Assembly: GCF_964355755.1 (NCBI RefSeq)
Contig: NC_092670.1
Location: 33,034,388 to 33,098,387 of the forward strand
Length of the DNA stretch: 64,000 nt
Reading direction: 5' to 3'
Source: Antedon mediterranea
Taxonomy: Eukaryota > Animalia > Echinodermata
Part shown: in pieces, positions 12,201 through 23,586 of the stretch
How positions within the stretch are numbered: the first letter of the stretch is position 1
Layout: every line of letters starts with the position of its first letter
Notes under the pieces: generated by a model
Told to the model about the DNA's origin: nothing
The model's database searches: none
What the model saw: the letters and a program-made list of their open reading frames with translations, nothing else
Translations under genes and position numbers: made by a program

Positions 12201-15200
12201 TTTGCAGGACATTCCACTGTAGGGGATTCCGTATCTGTCAAACAATTAACAACATTATGGACATTTCAAAGTGCGCATTAGTCAGTATCAACCTGTAATT
12301 TTAAAACGGAAGTGGCTGTCGCAATAATGTATTGTATTTCACAAACCTTCAACCGTTACGGTAAAATTGCAGCTTCCTCTATTGTTATAAGCATCTGTAA
12401 CATTGAATTCAAACAGGTATTTTCCAATCACAAGAAAAACGGGAAATACATCTACTGGATTCGGGGAGATTTCCAATGGTTCTTCTGAGTTGTCCGTTGC
12501 ATTAATGTCGGCTGAATAGTCAACGGTGGCCGTTGGTATACCAAAATCAGTCACTACAGTCAAATTGTCAGCCGGGCAGGTCAAAACGGGCTTTTCGGTA
12601 TCTAAGAAACAGACAAATAAATATACGTACATCCTCACAAAAAATAATTAGGAAAGTGATACAATTTTAGACCAAAGTTTAAAATGTGTTTCTTCCGTGA
12701 AAAAAAACAAACAATTTTTTAAACACCTTGGTCTCTATGGAATGAGAGCTATAATATGTTTTTTCATGACATTTAATAGATTAGAAGCCATTTTTTTCCA
12801 AAATATTGCGCGCCCCATGCGTGCGCTTTTTAATCAGTGTCTTATTAGTAATGCATTGGGTTTTTTTTCATGATGCTTAAATTCATGTTCGGTAACTTTA
12901 ATAATTACTTACAAAAACCTTTACATTTTGACATTAAATTGGATAGTTAAGCCTTGTGAACTGTATACACATTGTTATAACAAATGATTAACTCCACAAA
13001 CTACATTTGAATAGTTGGCCACAAAGATGGCCGGTAGTGTACCACGTGACTTTCTAGAATTCCAGAACGGAATGTCGTAACTATTTATATATAGGGCTCT
13101 TAGCATATGGATTTTTACGGAAAATGGCCATACAAACTACAGTAGCAATATTTAAAAAGAGTGAAAGCCAAAACTTAATGTAGTGGCTACGAAAAGATAG
13201 CTATGAAAAGCTTTAACTCGTAATATTCAGCTTGTCATACATTTTACAATTGGGGTTTCCAATGTACGCATGCGCAAGATCATATTCTAATAATTAAGAT
13301 ACACTAACCTTTGACAATTATTGTAAACCTACAAGACGTTATATAATTATCGTAACGATCGTAAACTTCAAAATGAAAATGATGTTTTCCAATATCTAGA
13401 TCACCGGGAAATATGTTGACAGGGTTCGGTACAATTGTAACGAAGTCAACAAAGAACTCCTCTACCGTCACTGAATAATGTACATTCACATATTCCGTGC
13501 CTAAAGCAGTGTCTATGGTCTCATTAGACGGACACATCATATTTGGTTTGTTAATATCTGGAGAAAATTGTTGATAATATCATAGTTAGCAAAACTGATA
13601 TAAAATATTGTTTTATCAATGTGATGTGAATCTATGAAATGCAATATATTATCACTTACACTTTTCACATATAGCTACCCACATCCTTGCACACGAGTTA
13701 TCATGCCAAGTACCTGCAGTAGGTTTATACAGTACAGCACAATCTTCTTCTTCTCCTTCGTTGTTGGGTTCAACACCATTCCAATCTAAAAAAAACGAAT
13801 TAGAACAGGGACAATTGTTTTCTATTGGTATTATGAACATCTAAGTGTAGACATGAATTGTTGAGGTTCCAATTGTAAAAATATACAATATATTTATTAT
13901 ATTTTATTTATTGGTAGTTTCTCGGGTCCTTTATATGATTCAAACGTGAGTTTTACTAATATTCTCATGTAGATACATTAATACATACAACAAACTAATG
14001 TAAGGGGTTCTGGTGATGGTTAGCGCCTCTGGGGTTATAGTGTTGGTATGATTTGTTTTTTTTATCCGCGGTTAATAGTACGTTCTATCAATCACAGAAA
14101 CTTAGCGATATCATAACAATACCACAGTGTATAGAATGTACTGTATACAATTAATAGGTTTTACAATACTTAATACCACCCACAATTATTGTGCACATTT
14201 ATGTTTTTATTTTATTTTCGAATTGTGCACAACGCAACAGTGATAACTATTGTGCGTTTGAAATGGTGTAAAAAAACAATTATTAAATTCTAAACACTCA
14301 AAAAAACCGTAGGAAAAATAAAAGTCCATAACCTAGTTTGTTTACAGTGTAAGTATTTAGGTACTGTCTTGGACGACTTATTCGGACCCTCAATACACTT
14401 TACATAATGCGCCAATTACGTAAATTTAATATTGATCCAATCATTATAGAATTGTATTATAACTCGATGATATCCAGTGTGATTTGTTTTATAGTCTGGG
14501 GCGGTAGCCTTACAACTAATTACATGGGTCTCTTATAGAGAATCCGTAAAAAATCTAATAAATATAGCAAAGTTAAACGTGTGCGACATCAAGTATAAAT
14601 ATGTAGTTGCGATCCTTAAAATGGTAGAGCGTATACTCGTACAACCGTCTCATCCCTTATTATTGGAATACGAATTTCTCCCATCATTAGTTTGTATTAG
14701 ATCCCTTTACATCCAAATTGGTAGACATAAAAAGTAATTTATTCCAAACTCTATAACAGCAAAACTAAAATGATAAACTGTGTCTCATAGTAGGCCTCAT
14801 GACAATTTTTAATTATAGGATTTTCTTTTTTGCCTATATGATTTTGAATAATTTGATGTTTTTTTCATTATCGTGTTTTTTTAAAGTTTTTTTTATGCTT
14901 TTTTTATAATTAACCTTAAGAACTTTTGTCTGTGTACAAACAACACGTTCTAAATATTTGTATATAATTGACAATTCATTTATTCAAAACCAACCTGTAG
15001 GCGCCGTCTCTATTCGACAAAGAAAGTTGTATAATAGTTTACTACTTACGACCGTGTTATAAAAATGTGTTATAAAACATTAAAAAACATTCCACTCTCG
15101 AACATTCATTAGCATCATTCGTTTAGTATCGTTGTCGACCCAGTCGTATTTTCTATCATTTACTGGGTAATCAGTCTACTGTTCACAAATATCTTTCTAT

Positions 15201-15498
15201 TTACAAAATGTAAAAGTATCACAGTATTTAGGCCTACTTGTATAGGTTGCATTTCTCCCTGACACCCACTGAAATCGGTTTTCTATGTCTTTATCATTGT
15301 AGCCAATCCAAGCTCCATCTGATGTGGAATCTTCTATAAATCGGTTAAGTATCCATGAGTTTTCTTCTTCACTTGAAATTTCAACCAAATCCCCAACATT
15401 CTGGCATATATCTCTTGTAGAATCCCAGCTAGCCTTGGTGTTGGTGACCCAGTAGCATTTTGAAAATACAGCATTGTAATGCCATCCAGTTGGACACC
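3205..15498 (-). CDS. Adhesion GPCR copy A: C-type lectin + 5 HYR + GAIN/GPS + TM1-TM2 (remaining exons presumably left of the window; first exon not located)
   Basis: CTLD exons 15238-15498 and 13660-13785 (WIGYND, EPN, WHD). HYR exons 13309-13557, 12347-12601, 11992-12234, 11273-11536 and 6128-6373. GAIN exons at about 5353-5464, 5066-5167, 4503-4590, 4247-4367 and 4005-4069. GPS exon 3766-3877 (WSDAG...CYSEHLTSFSVLM). TM1 3409-3512, TM2 3205-3310 (RNSIHKNL). The junctions I checked are phase-compatible. Confidence 0.88.
4096..4222 (+). mobile_element. 3' fragment of the tRNA-Deu SINE family
   Basis: Matches the reverse complement of 34160-34290 (AGTAGGGGGTTAC...CAGCCACTG...GACTGAAGAGGT.ACCCAGTATAAA). 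Confidence 0.7.
6405..6592 (+). mobile_element. 3' fragment of the tRNA-Deu SINE family
   Basis: ACATCTTTCGAGACGAGTAGGGGTTAGCCCGGTGTA...ACAGCCACTGATCA...GGTCAC.CAGTATAAA matches the SINE at 34136-34461. Confidence 0.72.
7341..10910 (-). mobile_element. L2/CR1-group non-LTR retrotransposon in a copy A intron
   Basis: Uninterrupted APE-RT ORF. The 3' end reads AAGCGCCATGAG...GCGCTATATAAG with a (TTA)n tail, typical of the L2 clade. The 5' boundary is approximate. Confidence 0.88.
7415..10534 (-). CDS. LINE ORF2: AP endonuclease + reverse transcriptase (1039 aa, intact)
   Basis: APE motifs SINTRS, LSETWL, GDFN, TLDL and SDH. RT motifs NYRPVSNL, LLDLSAAFDTVDH, GVPQGS and YADD. Confidence 0.96.
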   Translation of the reverse strand: MLISYSSEFLHGLQGCVTNNNNSCELPEESCLIIQSFKLNSSSCSSHLLPRRPKRKTRRGTRAGRDKHTKNNLSFPDLSSNSLLSKNNIKFCSINTRSVRNKTTEFVDFVIEHNLDVVALSETWLKPEDTSVIGNITPNGYSLKHAPRAGTKRGGGVALLYKESIAVKCYDTGLLPKSFELLNVEIVSNASSLFLVAVYRPQSKSTGCSLNVFTEEFSTLVDHYVLKPAPILFVGDFNIHVDMPNDADAIHFRNLLVASSLQQHVSTPTHRHGHTLDLLITRSSDPPVFSNLNVIDGISDHYAITCNLLIKKPPVITKSIETRHWNAIHFETLCKDITQSDLGTSLSNLDLSSKVRLYVTTLSELLDKHAPPKKRTVKVRPNTSWYNSDIYAEKRTKRKLEKKWRISHLEIDRQAYIAQKRNVNSMVRKAKANYYIGLCEEYAADQKGLFKIVNQLLHHRQVSPLPDSLFDFDLANRFCQFFTDKIKIIRDDFKIDDMSFNEPLTAVHQHLTTFTPASQDEIRNILMKSPTKSCRLDPVPTSILKKCIDAVVPIITEIINHSLNTGIVPDELKIAHVRPLIKKQNLDHNTLKNYRPVSNLSFLGKTLERVVTSRITPYLQKHNLNENYQSAYRACHSTESSLLKVQNDLLQGMNDEKITLLVLLDLSAAFDTVDHQRLITRLRNRIGINGVALNWFQSYLTGRRQLVCINDAFSDEACLEYGVPQGSVIGPGQFSIYTLPLGDIIRKHSLHFHFYADDTQIYVSVNPVQRDVAAAISKMEACIEDVRNWMTTNYLKLNDGKTEFIIVGSKCNISKINITHIRIGNSNIAPSSVVRNLGIMLDSNLTMEAQITTVSKAACISIRNLGRIRGNLNKKTAELIVHSFVTSKIDIGNALLFGIPKSQIQRLQRLQNMAARIVTYTKSNAHITPVLMDLHWLPVQQRIKYKLALFVFKILNDSAPAYLSDLVDRYESSRRGLRSLSQNLLQERRAKNQWGQRSFYVAAASVWNSLPATVKCSTSLNSFKTNLKTSLFADVLARC
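12800..13065. repeat. Dispersed repeat, inverted relative to about 55600-55860
   Basis: ATAGTTGGCCACAAAGATGGCCGGTAGTGTACCACGTGACTTTCTA near 13010-13056 is close to the reverse complement of TAGAAAGTCACGTGGTAAATTACCGGCCATCTTTGTGTCCAACTAT near 55607-55652. Flanking similarity extends about 250 bp. Confidence 0.7.
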
Positions 15499-16965
15499 CT
15501 GAAAGGAAATGCACAGTTGCCTCGAAATGTTCTAGGTTATGCCTACATTTTGTAACCCGAACCCAGCATCACACACAAAAATGTTTTGTCTATTTGGACT
15601 AAGTATACTAACATTTTCCGTAGTACCTTAAGATATAACATTAAATTAGTGGAAGAATATTTAAGTTTACATTAATTTAAAACGATACAATACGAATATA
15701 TTTAAATTGAATTAATCACGTAATCATGTAATTTTTGTAATAACATGAATGGACGTCCGGCTTTATGTGTGAAAATAGGAGACCGAGACTTAGTATTAAA
15801 GCATGCAACAACATTAGCATTTATCTCTCGACTTGAAATGGCTTAATCACAGCAATTTTGTTGGTCACAAAACATAATCCTCGTCTTTAGATACTCTACT
15901 CACCAGCATCACAGATGACGTAATGTGTAACAACCAAAATTGAAAGTAATGCAAGTCCTCTTGGTCCCATTTTTACACACATTCAGTAAACTATATTTAA
16001 AATTACGGCTGGTTAAAAAAATATTAAGTGGCATCTTTCGTTGCTCTTGAATATTATAACTAGCGTATACAATACCGACATGGACTCTTAGGAGAGAATA
16101 ATGTTGAAGAGTGTAACATCTACTGTAAGTCCACAACGCACTGAGACGACATTCTTTGGGAAATGCGCTATATAATAAATAAATTAACATTAAACAAAAG
16201 TAATACAGCACCACGATATATACAATATACTTTTACCTAAAAGGTAGCCTACCTGAATAAATCGAAAAATGATCATGATCAAACGATAGCACGTTTTACC
16301 TGTCAAAAAATGGTATTAAATGACACTTGAATAGTGTCGTACTTAGTAAAATAACTAAATAATTGTATAGTGATTCTCCGCATGTTACCATAGTTTCTCA
16401 TTTACACGTCACGAGAAGCATTTATTAAAACGAAATAATAGTTTACGAGGTAGTAATATCCAATGATAATAATATTATTTGTACTTGCTTGTATTGCTTG
16501 TATTAAAATCGTTTGCACTGTACATCAATTTAAATTATAATAAATAGCTGATACTTGACAGGCCTAATTAGTGCAGGAAATGAACACATGATTGCAGTGC
16601 AAGCATGATCTAAAGTAAGGTTAGGTAGCGACTCTATTTTAGATCAAAAGAAATTGTGACGAAATTATTGGAAAGCAACAATATTTAAAGAATGTTGAAA
16701 TATAATCCAATACATCGTTGGTTCCGAATGGAGGAAGCTTTTTAGATGTCAATAAGCGAAAGTACAACCAAAATTGGTATAGTAGCGCACATTGGTAAAC
16801 GAAATCATATTTATTATCACGGTGCGCAAGTACAACAACATAAGTTTAGAAGCCGCGCACAGTGGTAAACTAAATCCTATTTTTATCATTGTGTGAAAGT
16901 GCAACAAAAATGTGTATAATATACTGTATTTTAGTAACACACAGTGCTGAACTAAATTATAGTTA

Positions 16966-18411
16966 CTAGATGGTACGCTCGCTTCGCTCGCGTACCATCT
17001 AGGTCGTGCCCTCAGATGGTTCTCGAATACATAATAATTTCAGCGTTAAAAAACTGGCGATTTCAAATGTACGTACCGCAGGACAATAATACATGTCGTG
17101 TACAGGAACGAATAAATATATACACTGTGATTTATGTACTCAACTAAAATTAGCACCCTATTACTTCCGAAAGAGAAACTTGTCACAAAATAAGACCAAT
17201 TGTTTAAGTCAAATTTAAACAAACTTAATTTGTGTTTTGTATGTAACATTAGGGTTGAGGGATGGGGAAGAGGATGGGTGCAAAGAGGAACAATGTTAAA
17301 ATATATTCTTTATCCATTTAGTAACGAAATATTAATTGCTTTCATGTTTTACAAATAATATACCACTAAACACAGTAAAACATTGCGATGTAATACTTTG
17401 TTGAAACTATCACCGTCCTAGTCGATTGAAATAGTACAGCACATGTAACGATACATCACTACGACGTGTATATGTTTATAATATAATGTAAAACAATTTT
17501 TGAAAACCACCTCTATTCGGGGAAAATCATAAATTCGATTTAATCGTCAATAAATATTAAATTATCTAACTCAACTTAATTAGTAGGCCTAATGGTTTTC
17601 AATGGTTTCTTAGAGCCAATTCATACTTAAGTTGGTTCCTACCCTACCCACCAAAGTTGTTCTGCGTTTAGGGCATGTGATGTACCGTAGGCCTATTCTC
17701 TACTGGTTTTACAACGCTAATCATGCCAGTGAGGGAAAGGGGATGATATGGGTGGTTTAACTGCAATAATAAAGATTTGTACATAATATACGGCGAGTGA
17801 AAACGCTAGCTCATTATCCGTTTAAAAAAAAATTATATCCAACCTCTGCAGCACAGATTGAAAACAAAAATGGATCGAATTTCGAGTATACAGTACTGTA
17901 CTTGCCTTTACGACGCCTGAGGGAATAGACACTTGTGAAACAGAGATTGGAATGTTCCATTCATCGCAAATCAATACATTTGTATAATCGTATATTAAAT
18001 CTATCAAAATAGTATTTTTTAAGAAAATCGGCCTGTCTTCAACATTATGATGCTGTACTCTAGCTGTTCAACCAGTTTTCAGCTATTATAAAAACAATTA
18101 TCGTAGGAGGAGATAGGAAAATGCGAAGCCTCCTCGTATTTTTGTGGCGGGTATTTTTCAAGATGGACATCCATTAGACAGTGTATACCACGATCGGAAA
18201 ACACCCCTATTTGGGGCAAATCATTGAACCTAAATTCGTTTTAATCGTCAATAACTAATTACCTAACTCAATTTAATTAGTAAACAGGGTTACATCAGAT
18301 GGTTAAAATCAGTACCGAAAGTATGAACCAACTTTATATACCATCGAGTAGAAATTCTAGAAATAAACCGAGATTTACCGAATTTTGCCCTTACGTAAAT
18401 TTATATATAGA
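16966..18411 (-). mobile_element. Non-autonomous Helitron, copy 1
   Basis: On the minus strand it starts 5'-TCTATATATAAATTTACG and ends with the hairpin TAGATGGTACGCGAGCGAAGCGAGCGTACCATCTAG. It is inserted between A and T without a TSD and closely matches 36008-37288. Confidence 0.88.
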
Positions 18412-18777
18412 TTATCACTGTGCTCAAGTACAACCAAAATGTGTATGGTAGCGCACAGTGTTCAACTAAATCATGTATTAATACTTTGCTCAAGTACAAC
18501 CAAAATGAGTATACCTGTAGTAGCCCACAGTGTTCAACTAAATCCTATGTATTAACACTTTGCTCAAGTACAGCCAAAATGAATATAGTAGCGCACAGTG
18601 GTAAACTAAATCCTTGTATTAACACTTTGCTCAAGTACAGCCAAAATAAATATTTGTTATGTTATCTATTACAAAATATATTGCATGTTTAATAAAAAAA
18701 AAGTTGTTTAGTTATGAAACGTTTGTTAACTTATTTATCATAATTTGTGTATCTTTCAGTTTATATATTTGTATTTG

Positions 18778-19041
18778 ATTTGCCCTTTAGATGGGAAATG
18801 CTTAACAAGTGGTGTAGTGTACCAGGCCACTGTCACAAGAAATGATACTAACAAAGTTGAAACATATGTTGGACTGACAGAAAATACTTTTAAGTATAGA
18901 TACAATGGGCCTACAAGCTCATTCCGTAATGAAAAGTATAAAAATAGAACAGCACTTAGCCAACATGTTTGGAAACTTATAGATGACAACATTAAATATA
19001 ATATTAAATGGCGAGTATTAGCCAAATTCAAGCCTCTGTAG
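18778..19041 (+). pseudogene. Penelope-like element GIY-YIG endonuclease fragment
   Basis: CPLDGKCLTSGVVYQATV...YVGLTENTFKYRY...SFRNEKYKNRTALSQHVWKL matches the C-terminal GIY-YIG domain of Penelope-like retroelements. No RT is attached. Confidence 0.8.
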
Positions 19042-19089
19042 TGTTAATAAATATGTTGAATTAATAACCTGAGTCTTGATTTTTCATTT

Positions 19090-19350
19090 ATATTTGTATA
19101 TATATATATATACAATATCAATACATGCACACGTATATATATAGAAACATATACTATATATATCAAACATGTATATACATACACACATATATACCCATAC
19201 AATATATACACATATATGGATAAAATTAACATTAAAACCAAGAACGATAAAAAATATACACAAATATAATACATTAGACCTATATACACGGGCATAAAAA
19301 ACCTATAAAAACTGTCAAGTAATAAAATGGAAATGTATATACACAAATTA
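19090..19350. repeat. (TA)/(CA)-rich low-complexity tract
   Basis: Degenerate TATA and CATA runs. Confidence 0.7.
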
Positions 19351-20029
19351 AAAGTATAATATACGTATCCTATTTATTATAACTGTGCTCAAGTACAACC
19401 AAAATGAGTATAGTGGCGTACAGTGGTAAACTAAATCCTATTAATTATCACTGTGCGCAAGTACAACCAAAATGAGTATAGTAGCGCACAGTAGTAAACT
19501 AATTCCTATGTATTACCACTGTGCTAAAGTACACACACTAAGTACACACACTAATTCCTATGTATTACCACTGTGCTAAAGTACAACTAAACTGGGTAAA
19601 GAGTTAGTAGCGCACACAAAATGCACAGGTTAGACATAATAATAGGAAGTTTTTATTTCACCAGAGGAACGACATGAATATTCAAACTACACTAAGCTTT
19701 TTATGTTTGTTTGAGAATAAAAATTAATAACGAAAGAATATTTTTATGAATGCATATTTACTTACCCACATTAATATAATATGAATTAGTACATATTTTA
19801 GCCACACTTTTACTGTGTCCAAGCTATCAACTCCGGTTCGTTTATTGCGTGCAAGCTAAGTGAATCTGTTCGTGAAATGTGTATCCTTATTAAATTGTAC
19901 GGTAATATTTATCATTCCACATGATGTCAATTACCGTTTCTAATTTAAAGTTATTCAATTTCTCCAATCTAAGGTATACAGTAATTTTAAAAATGTTGTA
20001 TCAAATACCAAATTTGTAGTAATTTAATT

Positions 20030-20772
20030 AATTTAATTTATTTTATTTATTGCCGTCCGCCAGATAGTCTGATGACTTTCCCGCCTCGGCTGCTTTGTTT
20101 ATATCTCGGATTTCTTTTCTCCAGGCCTGTCTATTTTCTGCTATTCTCCGAATCATTTCTATATCTTATATATCAGTTGATGATTGTTTATGAAGGGTGA
20201 TCAGGTCGTGTGTGGATCGTGGTAGCCCTCTATACTTTTGTTGCTTACAGTTTTCAAAATAACAGTTTTGCTTTATTGGCTGGGACTGCCTTTTGCAATC
20301 TGAGGATGTGTCAGATAGCCACCATCTCGATTCCAAAATGTATAATATTTGTCTTGCCTTACACCTATCGTATGTCTTTGATTTTATGTGGATAGCGGAT
20401 TCCTATAATATTTCTTAGTTGGTTCCGATGAAATGGATCGATTTTTCGTTCTTCTTCTTTTGTTAATCCCAATGTTGTCGAGTTATACGATAGTATTGGT
20501 TTAACTAAGGCATTGTATAACTTTAGTCGAACTTTTACTTTAACTTTGTCCTTTTGTATCCATATATTATGTAAACGGTGAAATGTTAATGACGCGAGTT
20601 GCTTGCGACGTGCGATATCCTCGCTATTTCCCAGAAGTGATCCTATTTTTTTCTCCATTCTTCCTTTTGGTCTTGTTTTATTATGGTATGTTCAGTTTTA
20701 TCTCTGTTAACTTTCAGGTTAAATTTTGACATGTGTTGTTGAATATCATCTATGTTGTTTCTTTTCTTTAGG
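20030..20772 (-). mobile_element. 5'-truncated, decayed RTE-like non-LTR retrotransposon
   Basis: KKIGSLLGNSEDIARRKQLA...LKLYNALVKPILSYNS...FHRNQLRNIIGIRYP is a post-RT thumb region of RTE type. An AT-rich simple tail lies at about 20020-20050. Confidence 0.78.
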
Positions 20773-21029
20773 CTTTGTTATTAATTCAATATTTTACAAT
20801 TAATATTTTCTGCTACAAATTCATCCTCAAAAATATAAATCAAGCGCTGGTTACTATTAATGTAACAGCTGCAATGATGAAAGTTATTTGCAGTACTGTT
20901 ATGTGTGCTATTACAAATAATGAAAATAATAATACAGACATCTTGTTTGAAGTATTAATATACAAATAATTTTAATCATAAAACAACACTTGGTGATGAC
21001 ATAATCAATATCATGGGAAATATTTCAAA

Positions 21030-23586
21030 TCTATATATAAATTTACGTAAGGGCAAAATTCGGTAAATCGCGCCTTACTTCTAGAATTTTCACTCGATGG
21101 TATGTAAAGTTGGTTCGTACTTTCGGTACTGATTTTAACCGCCTGATGTAACCCTGTTTACTAATTAAATTGAGTTAGATAATTAGTTATTGACGATTAA
21201 AACGAATTTAGGTTCAACGATTTGCCCCAAATAGGGGTGTTTTCCGATCGTGGTATACACTGTCTAATGGATGTCCATCTTGAAAAATACCCGCCAAAAA
21301 AATGCGAGGAGGCTTCGCATTTTTCTATCTCCTCCTACGATAATTGTTTTTAATAGCTGAAAACCGGTTGAACGGCTAGAGTACACCATCATAATGTTGA
21401 AGACAGGCCGATTTTCTTTAAAAAATACTATTTTGATAGATTTAATATACGATTATACAAATGTATTGATTTGCGATGAATGGAACATCCCAATCTCTCA
21501 GTCTGCCAGAGTTTGGTTTAACACAAGTACTGTAGGTAAATTTATGAGCCCTTGGTTTAACACATACGGTATGTAAATATATGGGCCCTTTGAGAATAAA
21601 CTTGCAATACTTTGACAATACTGTAAATACCTATTAACTATTTTTCATTTGAATCGAACATTTCTTACTGTGAATGTTCCTACTGTTAGATGTAATATAA
21701 AAATATAAACTTTATTACTGAGACTGTGGATAGGCTCTACTGTTAGATATACAAATAAACTTTATACTGACAGTTCCTTCTCAACGTTTGTATTAATTAA
21801 TAATTACCAACAATATAAACGTCGTAGTGGTGTATCGTGACATGTACTTTAATATTTCAATCGATTATGACAGTGACAGTTTTAACAAAGTATTAAATCG
21901 CAAATGTTTTAGGCCTACTGTATTTAGAGGTATATTATTTATAGGCCTATAAAACATGAACAAAATATTTCGTTACTCAGTGGATAAAGAATATATTTAA
22001 AAATTGTTCCTCTTTGTACCTATCCGCTTTCCCATCCCTCAACCCTAATGTTACATAGCGAGGAGGCTTCGCATTTTCCTATCTCCTCCTACGATAATTG
22101 TTTTTAATAGCTGAAAACCGGTTGAACAGCTAGAGTACACCATCATAATGTTGAAGACAGGCCGATTTTCTTTAAAAAATACTATTTTGATAGATTGCTA
22201 GAGTACACCATCATAATGTTGAAGACAGGCCGATTTTCTTTAAAAAATACTATTTTGATAGATTTAATATACGATTATACAAATGTATTGATTTGCGATG
22301 AATGGAACATCCCAATCTCTCAGTCTGCCAGAGTTTGGTTTAACACAAGTACTGTAGGTAAATTTATGAGCCCTTGGTTTAACACATACGGTAGGTAAAT
22401 ATATGGGCCCTTTGAGAATAAACTTGCAATAGGTTCGGAAAATGTTAAAAACCAATTTCTATTATTTGAATCGGTAAACAGTTTCCATTTATTATACATT
22501 GATAATGAAACATGAAATATTCCTATTTATGTCCCTTGAGGTTCATTACAATTTATATTTAGTAGTCCCACGGACTTCATCTTAGCCACTCCCCCGAGTG
22601 CTAAGGCCAAATTTATGATACCCTACTTTCTATGTAAGTTTAGTTACAGTTAGTTCTTGACGATAATACAACGAATTTAGGTATTACACCCTTCGGCCGC
22701 GAAAACGTTTCTGTACAAATATGATACCGATTGGCTTTATTTCATTCAACAGCGACCATAATCTCGCCAATTACAGGATAGATAAACTATTTTATTATTG
22801 ATGTGCTTATAAATTAAGACTCGTGTAAACAGCTTGATTACATCATTTTACAGACAAACGAAACTTTTTTAAACCTACTGTTTCAATAACTGAGTATAAT
22901 ACTGTATACGTTTTCATAAGTAAGTGCATATACATTTTCGTGTTTTCTTTGACGAGATTGTAATAGTAACTTCAGTAACTATTACAGTACTTATTTATTA
23001 TACGACACAAGACAATTGTATCTGACAGGTACGTACATTATTCTAAAAAATAAGTCTAGATAGATCCCTTAGGCGTCATAAATCACAGGCCAACAAATCA
23101 GTACTCATGACAGAAATTCGACCCAGTTTGGTTCACACAAATGTTTACAGGAATTTCAACACCACAACCGATGATTTGCCCTAAATATTTAGGTAGACTA
23201 CAGTTTAATTTTTTACTGAATAGGAGCTTGAATTTCCGATTTCCATTTCGCAGAATGTCTAGGTCTATTTATTTAGTTTGGTTCTTATAATATATAAATA
23301 CAATCAACTTTATTACTGTGGTTCCATCACCACCACCACGTGCCGCCCAATTCCCGTACATACATTTCCATTTCTCCCTAATTTCTTTAATCCACATAAA
23401 TTAATTGTCCTTTATGGAATCCAGTATTGGTTTTGTTGTCTCTATTTCTGAATACCCCAATTAGGGGGACACTTCCGTATTTGTTTAGTGTCCCAAAAAA
23501 GTCCCCGTCCGTGGATTCTACTGTATTCGAGAACCATCTGTGAGCACCCCTAGATGGTACGCGAGCGAAGCGAGCGTGCCATCTAG
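21030..23586 (+). mobile_element. Non-autonomous Helitron, copy 2 (rearranged, with extra sequence)
   Basis: A|TCTATATATAAATTTACG at 21030 and a terminal hairpin plus CTAG|T at 23550-23586. About 21305-21610 is duplicated at 22058-22430. Confidence 0.87.

Larger units (their letters stand above)
16760..19615. repeat. Minisatellite with a unit of about 62-65 bp, in three blocks (16760-16960, 18412-18650, 19365-19615)
   Basis: Recurring unit TATCACTGTGCTCAAGTACAACCAAAATGAGTATAGTAGCGCACAGTGGTAAACTAAATCC, interrupted by a Helitron and a Penelope fragment. Confidence 0.85.

Noticed and set aside
16250-16392. Candidate signal-peptide first exon of copy A (MVTCGESLYNYLVILLSTTLF...)
   Set aside because: The nearest donor gives phase 2 while the CTLD exon needs phase 1, and no counterpart was found upstream of copy B; unsupported.
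18690-19100. Hammerhead ribozyme expected beside a Penelope fragment
   Set aside because: No CTGANGA...GAAA core with supporting stems was seen nearby.
16857-19500. Canonical RSS heptamers CACAGTG/CACTGTG in the minisatellite units
   Set aside because: No nonamer-like sequence at 12 or 23 bp in the units checked; they are simply the palindromic arms of the repeat.
21394-22398. Repeated short ORFs MLKTGRFSLKNTILIDLIYDY...
   Set aside because: They come from duplicated non-coding Helitron sequence.
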